DNA of 63,526 nt, filler included, from Lenisia limosa (lineage: Eukaryota; Protista; Breviatea), in assembly GCA_001655205.1 (NCBI GenBank). It is 19 parts of 19 records of this genome, joined end to end, with 100 filler letters (N's around TTAATTAATTAA, not from the genome) between each part and the next. Parts side by side here need not be neighbours in the genome. Positions count along the whole stretch, not along the records: positions 1 to 3,083 come from LPNZ01006501.1; positions 3,184 to 5,262 come from LPNZ01002130.1; positions 5,363 to 7,802 come from LPNZ01011025.1; positions 7,903 to 11,543 come from LPNZ01007424.1; 15 more parts are not named here. One strand, written 5' to 3'. This document shows, one piece after another, positions 1 to 8,166 of the stretch. The notes below the pieces were generated by a model. It was given only the letters and a program-made list of their open reading frames with translations, was not told the DNA's origin and searched no databases. The stretch's first letter is position 1, and every line of letters begins with the position of its first letter. The position numbers and the translations under genes are program-made.

Positions 1-2887
1 CCCCGAGGGCTACACTGGGAACAGTGGGGGGGGGGGTGAAGTTGAGTAAGTTAATTAGGTTGGCTTGGCAAGTCTGTGTTTTCAATTTTCGAAATAAAAT
101 CATCATAAATGTCTCCTGCTCATTTATTACAGCCTTCTAATACAGACACCCCGAGGATTAATAATTTTCCTGCCATTATTCTTTATCAAATTTTCCTTCA
201 TTAACATCATTTACTCCAGTTTTACACCTAGTTGATTTGGGCTTTTTTGTTTCATAATTTTTTACTCCCCCCAGGCGACCTTGCCGTCAGCGTAATTGGC
301 TGCACAAACGTTAACGAATGCCTCACTAACAACGGCGGATGCGACCCCGTGGTAAGCAGAGCTTCTCTTCGGTTCAAAATAAGAATAATGTTTTCGATTA
401 ACCGTCGGTTCAAAAAAAAAGACTGAAATTCTCGATAATCCTCGGAGTGAAACCAAGTGGGGTATCATTATATTACTATTTATTCTTTTAATCTATTGTG
501 AATTAATAGTATTCGATAATTCAATATCTCTTATTAATAGAGTAGGCGGCTTCGGCCAGATACAACCTCGTTGTTTTTTTTTTCTCATTGCGGTATATTA
601 GTATATTTCAGATGTATCTAGATGTGTGTAGTATACTTATTGTTTTTATATTCAAAAATTGTGAAACACGAACAATTGAAAGCAATAACATTTATATTGT
701 GATCCCCTCCCCCCCACCGTGCTGCAGAAAATACTGGCCTGGGCTTTGTTTTTGTTTTTGTTTTGTTTTTATTATTACCCTCTTGTGTTATCAGCCAACA
801 GAGTTGTTGTTTGTGCTTTTTTGTTTCATAAATTGTCTAATTTTACCCCCCCTCTCCAGGTAGCTTGCCACGATACAATCGGGTCATTTACCTGCGATAA
901 TTGTCCTGGGGGCTACTCCGGCAACTCCTATACTGCCTCATGGTATGAGGGGTACCTATGTATGATTACTGCTTCCATGAGTTCCCAAAATAAGACAATT
1001 TCCCGATAAATTCTCGATAAATATCGATATTGTGACGGTCTTTCTGTTCGTAGGGAAGCCCTATGTAGCATCCACAATAAAATGCTGGGTCACAAGAGAG
1101 AAATATAAAATTCAAATATAAATTAACAACTTATAAAATAAAAAACAACAACTCGGTGGAGGGGGGGGGGGCAANNNNNNNNNNNNNNNNNNNNNNNNNN
1201 NNNNNNNNNNNNNNNNNNNNNNNNNNNNNNNNNNNNNNNNNNNNNNNNNNNNNNNNNNNNNNNNNNNNNNNNNNNTGGTCAATTATGGTAAAACCAAACA
1301 TAGAGGTATAAGGACTCTCTATCATATTATGGCATTAGAGTTTGGGGGCCTCATGCTATGGGGGGTAAGGGGCAATAGCTTTATATGTAAAAAGACTGAC
1401 AATTTATGAAACAAAATAGGCCAAAATCAACCCATTGGAGGGCTCCTTTTATCCCCCCACCCCTACAGTTTCATAAATTTCCGGTCCCCCGCACCATTTT
1501 ACTATATTGTCTTGGTTTTTTCATAAGTTGCTGATTGACACTCGAATGTTCTCCCGCCACCCATCCAGCAGCATTTTACCGTGTAGTTTTATACTCCAAT
1601 TTACCTCCCACACACTCACTCACTCACTCACACACGCACGCACAATAATAATCCGTTCACACTTACACCTAGTGTTGACAACAATGAATGCGCTCTCAAT
1701 GACGCCGGAAATAACGTCTGCTTCTTCCCTGAGCTCTGGTAGGCAAGAGTAAGGATTGGGTGGAAGGAGTGGGTGAAAGTTAATATACCTGGAACCCCTC
1801 CAGCCATGAGTGAAAAAAAAATATCATCTGTACAGTAACCTGATAAGTCTTGTGAACCTTTACGCCAATATTCTTCATCAAAATTTTCCTTCGTATTTCC
1901 CTCCCAACAGAATTGATTTTGGGCTTTTTGTTCCATAAATTTCCCATATTACTCCCTCAGTGACAACTTTGCCGGAGGTTACAACTGCAGCTGCCGAGAC
2001 GGTTGGAGCCTTGATGAGGATGGAGTTACATGCTTGGTGAGATTGATGGTTGATTTTGGCCTTTTTTCTGTTTCATATATGTCTGGTGTGATGCGGTGTG
2101 GCAGAAGCGACTGGCCAGGGCTTTGTTTGTCTTGTTGTTATCAACCCTCGTGTGCTGTCAGCCAACAAACTTGATTTGGGCAAATGTTTTTGTTTTATAA
2201 ATATCCCATTTTACCCCCCCCCCNNNNNNNNNNNNNNNNNNNNNNNNNNNNNNNNNNNNNNNNNNNNNNNNNNNNNNNNNNNNGGCTGTACCGGCATTTC
2301 AGCGTCATGCCACGACACCGTCGGCTCTTATTCATGCTCGTGGGGGGGGGGGAGATCCTGGGGTGGCGTATATGATCCTGGGGTGGCATTTAAATGGTCG
2401 TTTGGAGGGAACGCTTGCTATTATAAGTAGGGCTCTCGGATACTATGCTCCAATATTGCATATAAGCATAAGGCGTGAACAGCTTCGGCCAGATACAACC
2501 TTTTGGTATTCCTCATCTCTCTCATAACATTTAATTTGTCTTTTAACGCAGTTGTTCCCCTATATGCTCTTCTATAAAGTTCATTTAATCTGTTGTTGCC
2601 CTGCAACACCAAATTTGTCTTACAACGCATTAGATGCCCGGACAACTATCGCCTTGAGGGGAACCACACATGCACCAAAATCGACTATTGCGCAGAGGAC
2701 ACGTCGCTATGCGATCCCCTGTTTGTGGTGAAATTTTATTGTGTGTCTGCTTAGAGTCGTAATTTTTACCTTCCCCTCAGGGCCGGGTGTATAACGCTGG
2801 AGTGCGGCGAGAGCTATTTGGACCAGTACTACAAATGTGGCAACTGTCCGGAGGGCTACTCGGGAGCAGACGGCTCCGTTTGTACCA
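1..2887 (+). CDS. Calcium-binding EGF-repeat protein (partial, multi-exon)
   Basis: Exons 1-24, 275-351, 860-942, 1673-1738, 1961-2036, 2284-2339, 2634-2720 and 2781-2887 join in phase (one junction spans an N gap): PEGYTGNSDLAVSVIGCTNVNECLTNNGGCDPVVACHDTIGSFTCDNCPGGYSGN...CVDNNECALND...CDNFAGGYNCSCRDGW. Typical cbEGF D/N-x-D/N-E-C pattern. Confidence 0.92.
228..274 (+). repeat. Module B (3' part)
   Basis: GTTGATTTGGGCTTTTTTGTTTCATAATTTTTTACTCCCCCCAG, at the acceptor. Confidence 0.85.
357..456. mobile_element. hAT-type MITE-A, rearranged
   Basis: CAGAGCTTCTCTTCGGTTC...GAGTGAAACCAA, 5 nt inside the donor at 352. Confidence 0.7.
485..620 (+). repeat. Dispersed repeat D/E
   Basis: AATTCAATATCTCTTA...CTTCGGCCAGATACAACC...TTTCTCATTGC; related pieces at 2482, 3616, 10985, 23424, 29594, 33490, 42515(-), 55690(-) and 62270(-). 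Confidence 0.8.
717..859 (+). repeat. Intron 3'-end module B
   Basis: GTGCTGCAGAA..CTGGCCTGGGCTTTG...CAGCCAACAGAGTTG...TTTCATAAATT..ATTTTACCCCCC..CAG, ending at the acceptor. Confidence 0.9.
967..1063. mobile_element. hAT-type MITE-A (A2 subfamily)
   Basis: Ends CGTAGGGAAGCCCTA; flanks TGTATGAT / TGTAGCAT (6/8). Confidence 0.75.
1856..1960 (+). repeat. Module C (3' part) fused to module B (3' part)
   Basis: ACCTTTACGCCAATATTCTTCATCAAAATTTTCCTTCG then AACAGAATTGATTTTGGGC...CTCAG acceptor. Confidence 0.85.
2093..2223 (+). repeat. Module B
   Basis: Full copy running into a C-run and an N gap before the exon. Confidence 0.9.
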
Positions 2888-3199
2888 GTGGGAGAGAGGG
2901 GGGTTCATCCAGTTACCAGGAGAAGTCTTAGTCGATTTGCTATGTGATTTCCTAAGGATAGTCGGTCAACACTTATCCCGGTCACTGTATATTGGTTTTT
3001 ATCAGAGCAACAGTTGGGTTTTGTTCAACATTAAAACCATGATATAGTACGCTGGAGTGATGGTATGCGGTGCTGCAGAAGCGNNNNNNNNNNNNNNNNN
3101 NNNNNNNNNNNNNNNNNNNNNNNNNNNTTAATTAATTAANNNNNNNNNNNNNNNNNNNNNNNNNNNNNNNNNNNNNNNNNNNNGTAAAAATAAGACTGA

Positions 3200-5117
3200 A
3201 TTTCTGGTGTGATCCAACTGATGCTGCAGTGAAATTGAGCCAATAACGATAAGCCCTGATACAGTTGACTGAGAAAAAGCTCAATAACCAGTGTAAACAG
3301 AGTAGGGAAAAGTCTACTTTTTTATCCCTCAGAAAGCAGAAACGAAAAGAAGACTCAAGCGAAAAGAAGGCTTAAAAACACCAAACAAAAAACTACCGAA
3401 ATTGGTTTGTCCGCTTCTGGAATTCTTCTGTGAGACAAGAAAACAAAAGAAAACAAAAACAAAAACAAAAATAAAAAGAAAAGAAAAAACAAAGAAAAAA
3501 AAACAAAAAAAAACAGCATTTACAGCTCGAAAATCAGAGACAGAAGTAAATAGCCTTTTTTAATGAAATATTATCCTTAAATCCAACATCTCTTATAAGT
3601 GTGATGGTGTGGACGACTTCGGCCAGATACAACCTTGTTTTTTATTTTTCATTGCTATATTGTAGATATGAGAAGTTGATTTTTAGGTACAGCAGGAAGG
3701 TCATTGTCAATGTGGTGACTCTTTTTGCCCTCGGACTTCCGCTGCCAGTGACAGTGCAAACACAGCAGTGGATAGTTTCACGTAATGTCACTGCCCAATA
3801 ACACTAATTTTCACCTTGTTTTCTCATTTAACGAAGAGGTTTTTCCAATGTTCATTTTACCAGTCTCTATGTGGCATTACCTCTCAACTCAAACCCCTTA
3901 CCACAAAAAGGCTCCAAGGCCTCACAACCACCATGCCAGGCCTCGGCTGCGGAGTGGAAGGTTGGTGATTGGGGTTTTGAAATAATACATATTTCTACAG
4001 TATTTACAAAGAAGAGTCTTATGGACAAAACTCTGTTGGTCTGTGATATCCGATTTATGTACAATCCTTATTCCGGTGGACATGGTTTTTTGTCGTGAAA
4101 TGAGATTCGATGTAATAAGAAGCGGACAGACTGTTCGTGATAACGGATGTGAGACGATAGTTACGGCGGCTGGAAATGAGACACACACACCAAAANNNNN
4201 NNNNNNNNNNNNNNNNNNNNNNNNNNNNNNNNNNNNNNNNNNNNNNNNNNNNNNNNNNNNNNNNNNNNNNNNNNNNNNNNNNNNNNNNNNNNNNNNNNNN
4301 NNNNNNNNNNNNNNNNNNNNNNNNNNNNNNNNNNNNNNNNNNNNNNNNNNNNNNNNNNNNNNNNNNNNNNNNNNNNNNNNNNNNNNNNNNNNNNNNNNNN
4401 NNNNNNNNNNGAATAATATAGTAGCTAATTAGAAATCTTAAATACATAGTGATACCATTAACAAATTACCATAATTAATTGATGACACCCCTACCCACAT
4501 ATATACATCATCTATTTAAGCATATAATATATATACATAATGTATAACTAACACATAACATCAAGACTTATTACTAGGGCTTCACTTCAGTTCAAAAAAA
4601 AAGACTGAATTTTTCAATAAATCCTCAAAACTATCGATATTTTATCGGGGTTTTTCAAACCGAAGTGGAGCCCAACTTATAACCCTGCACCCCCTGCACC
4701 CCCCACCCTTTCACTAAATTGCTGCACTAATTCGACCATCAGCGGCCTCTGACGCAATTCCGACTGACACCACTCCTTATCCGCCTGGGGTGGGGGGAGT
4801 AAACGAAGGAAATTTCGTTGAAGAATAAAGATTCTAGTTCTCTCTTTCATTTCTTCTCTTTCTCTCTCTCTCACCCTCTCTCTCTCTCTCTCTCCCTGCT
4901 ACCTTCGTGGATAGGGCAGTTCCATGGCCCTTTATAGTGGCATGGATGGTTTCCCTCTCTCGTTCGTACGACGACGACTCCAACTGCGAGGGGGGGAGGG
5001 TGAAACTAATAAGCCCAAAATCATCTATATTGGCTAGAGGAAATACATTAGGGTTAAACAACAACAAAACAAAGCTCAGGCCAGACGCAAGTAAAAAGAA
5101 GGGAATAGCTGAAGATA
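3200..5117 (-). CDS. Hypothetical multi-exon protein (partial)
   Basis: GT-AG-bounded minus-strand exons, e.g. LESSSYERERETIHATIKGHGTALSTK (~4907-4987) and ADKEWCQSELRQRPLMVELVQQFSER (~4707-4784). No family recognised. Confidence 0.55.
4575..4675. mobile_element. hAT-type MITE-A
   Basis: TAGGGCTTCACTTC...GAAGTGGAGCCCAA; flanks CTTATTAC / CTTATAAC (7/8). Confidence 0.9.
4840..4895. repeat. (CT)n microsatellite
   Basis: Directly visible in an intron. Confidence 0.9.
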
Positions 5118-5262
5118 CTGGTGTCAGGGGAGGAGGGGTAAAATGAGAAAACTTATGAAGCAAAAAGAACCCAAATCAACTCTGTTGGCTGATAACATAC
5201 TAGGGTTGATAACAGCAAAACAAACAAAGCTCAGACCGGTCGCTACTGCAGCACCGCATCCC
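5118..5262 (-). repeat. Module B
   Basis: Full copy, sense to the minus-strand host. Confidence 0.88.
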
Positions 5263-5376
5263 NNNNNNNNNNNNNNNNNNNNNNNNNNNNNNNNNNNNNN
5301 NNNNNNTTAATTAATTAANNNNNNNNNNNNNNNNNNNNNNNNNNNNNNNNNNNNNNNNNNNNCCCCCCCCCCCCAG

Positions 5377-6590
5377 ATTATGGCAGCAAGCTCCCCTTCC
5401 GATCGACTCAGAAGCCAGCCTAGCCAAGTGGACCCTTGAAATGTACCTCCGAGCTGCTAAAATGGTCGGTATGGTCTAGAAATACAATAAACCTCACTTG
5501 TTTTTGCAATTAATTGCCAACTAATTACAGCTATTAATTAATTGCACGCAACCAAACTGACGTTCCAGGGCTCGGCATCCAGCCTGGTGCGGGTTGGTGA
5601 TATTCTGTACTACGGCTGGACCGGCAGTGTCGACAAACAGGCCGCGNNNNNNNNNNNNNNNNNNNNNNNNNNNNNNNNNNNNNNNNNNNNNNNNNNNNNN
5701 NNNNNNNNNNNNNNNNNNNNNNNNNNNNNNNNNNNNNNNNNNNNNNNNNNNNNNNNNNNNNNNNNNNNNNNNNNNNNNNNNNNNNNNGTACTATGAAGGC
5801 ATCACAATCTCAGAGGTACACTTCTGAGAATAATCGTTTGAAGCTCACTTTCGATTCCAAAAACTGAATTCTCGATCAATCCCCGATTAATAGCGATATT
5901 TTATCTTCAGCAATGGCTTCCTCCCCTCTTGAGACTTCTGACCCCCCACCCAGAACATGAAAATGGTGTACTTCTACCTAGAGAAGGCGGAACAGCAGAG
6001 CAGTTTGGCCGTCTTCCCTGTCACCCTACTCAGATCCTATGTATGTCAACAATAAACTCACTATCAAATGAGTACTTTAATCCTCTTTTGTCCATCCTAA
6101 CCCTGACAGCTTCTGTTTGCCGACTTCCACCTCATTCCTCTCCTGTCCGACACCACTTCGTCGATCCTCTCACTCACAACCTCGTCTTGGCCAGTCAAAG
6201 GTGAGAGAAACGCTGCAGGGATATCATATTTTGGGAGGTACTGTATTATATTGGCTCCAAAAAAGAGCCGCCATCTCTAACTTTTTTGGAGCCAATATAA
6301 TACAGTATTAATCTGTTATTGTTATTGTTATTGTCNNNNNNNNNNNNNNNNNNNNNNNNNNNNNNNNNNNNNNNNNNNNNNNNNNNNNNNNNNNNNNNNN
6401 NNNNNNNNNNNNNNNNNNNNNNNNNNNNNNNNNNNNNNNNNNNNNNNNNNNNNNNNNNNNNNNNNNNNNNNNNNNNNNNNNNNNNNNNNNNNCGGCCCGT
6501 ACGCAAACTTGCGCATTACTTCACGCAAGATATTGACACGTGCGGCATCTTTGTGTCGCTTTTTGCGCTACTGATGTTGCTAGCCTATAG
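5377..6590 (+). CDS. SEL1-like repeat protein with C-terminal TM helix (SEL1L/Hrd3-like, partial)
   Basis: Exons give KWTLEMYLRAAKM|GSASSLVRVGDILYYGWTGSVDKQAA (SEL1 pattern A..G..A...lG..yy.G.G...D...A) and a late hydrophobic exon TCGIFVSLFALLMLLAYR. Confidence 0.65.
5840..5910. mobile_element. MITE-A, degenerate
   Basis: GAAGCTCACTTTCGATTCCAAAAACTGAATTCTCGAT core. Confidence 0.5.
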
Positions 6591-7321
6591 GTGAGGGGTT
6601 GAGTGATATAATTGCAGTTTCAATGGATTGGAATTATGGTCCNNNNNNNNNNNNNNNNNNNNNNNNNNNNNNNNNNNNNNNNNNNNNNNNNNNNNNNNNN
6701 NNNNNNNNNNNNNNNNNNNNNNNNNNNNNNNNNNNNNNNNNNNNNNNNNNNNNNNNNNNNNNNNNNNNNNNNNNNNNNNNNNNNNNNNNNNNNNNNNNNN
6801 NNNNNNNNNNNNNNNNNNNNNNNNNNNNNNNNNNNNNNNNNNNNNNNNNNNNNNNNNNNNNNNNNNTCTTCGTTTCTGATTGGGTTCTTGTGATCTAGTT
6901 CTAAGTGTCTATGGTGTTTGTTTCTATATATCCCCTTTCCAGCCCTCCCACTGCTGGGTTCCTGAAATATATTAACGTCAGTTTGCCATCAGTCCCCTGT
7001 ATCAGTTATCACCAAATTATCACATCACCCCAGGCGGCCGCATACTCATGCTCAGTGCTCATTTTATATCATATATTACTATTCAATTTGGACAATCAAA
7101 CATCAATCATCAGACATATTTTTGTTATGGTTCTCTTTGACCCTTAGGCCTCATGCGTTAAACAAGTCAATGGCACACCCCAGTTTATCATATCAAGCAT
7201 TTATATTCAACCATTTGTTCAATTGGTCAATAAATATCATGTACTCCAGTAAATAAACAACACGTGCCGTATCAAACATATTTCCAAAAGGAAAGTTCTG
7301 GAATATTCCAGATTTAGTATT

Positions 7322-7720
7322 TCACTTGCCGAATTTTCGAATGCTGTTCTTTCTGTTCCCACTTTTCCACTCAGTTTTGTGCTCAGATTCCATTTTGAAG
7401 TGTGCCGTAGCCCTCTCAACAACTTCCTTCTCTTGCCGAAACAATGTCTTGCTCTGGAGACTGTAAATCTTGCGCTTCTCGCCCTTTGGAGTTCCCTTCA
7501 GTGCCCCAAGGTGAGTATAATTAAGGACTAAGATCAAAAACTCGTCTACCCCCTTTCTTCCCAATTTGTGACTTGCTGATCTTGTTCCCTGCTTGTGCTG
7601 TTGCTCTTCTTGGGTGTTCTTATTTTTTAAAAAGACTTACTCAGTGAATTGTTGCCTTTTCTTGTGTCATTTTGCTGCTCCGTTCTTTTCTTTTTGCTCC
7701 TCCTAAATACAGCAATTCAA
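7322..7720 (-). CDS. 3' end of a Lys/Glu-rich hypothetical protein
   Basis: Open frame ending ...EHKTEWKSGNRKNSIRKFGK* at 7322, convergent with the SEL1 gene. Confidence 0.45.
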
Positions 7721-7902
7721 TTCAGTTCTGACAACCAACTTACTTCATTCAGATTATTCCATCTTCATGATAAAGCATTTGGTTTTCTTTTGTACTGCAT
7801 TANNNNNNNNNNNNNNNNNNNNNNNNNNNNNNNNNNNNNNNNNNNNTTAATTAATTAANNNNNNNNNNNNNNNNNNNNNNNNNNNNNNNNNNNNNNNNNN
7901 NN

Positions 7903-7984
7903 CATCATCCATTCCACTCACGCAGCCATCCATTCCACTCACGCAGCCATCCATTCCACTCACGCAGCCATCCATTCCACTCAC
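7903..7984 (-). repeat. 21-nt tandem repeat x4, each unit starting with the donor GTGAGT
   Basis: Minus-strand unit GTGAGTGGAATGGATGGCTGC, beginning exactly at the exon end. Confidence 0.9.
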
Positions 7985-8086
7985 CGTTGTTAGAGCTTCC
8001 GGAGGCATTTGACCCTTACGCTGAGGTCCCGAAAGAGGCGCCAGGTATCGAGTTCGCCGCCCACTTGCAGGCTTCAAATCCGTCAT
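7985..8086 (-). CDS. First exon of a hypothetical protein
   Basis: MTDLKPASGRRTRYLAPLSGPQRKGQMPPEALTT followed by a GTGAGT donor; divergent from the WD40 gene. Confidence 0.5.
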
Positions 8087-8166
8087 GTTGCATCCTTGTA
8101 GGCTACTAAGAAATCACTGGTAAAGAAAGCACTCTTTTCTGAGGCAGTTAGCTGATTTTTTGGCAG

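Noticed and set aside
1161-1275. N gaps beside G/C runs as deliberate excision or rearrangement sites
   Set aside because: Short-read dropout at homopolymers and collapse of repeats explain them.
3128-3139. Recurrent TTAATTAATTAA palindrome
   Set aside because: Always embedded in N runs of a 100-nt linker; an assembly concatenation artefact, not a motif.
4043-4447. ORFs spanning N runs (many in the track)
   Set aside because: They stay open only because unknown bases were translated as X.
7903-7984. CRISPR-like array
   Set aside because: Units are contiguous with no unique spacers, the context is eukaryotic and no cas genes are present. The same applies to 41985-42178.
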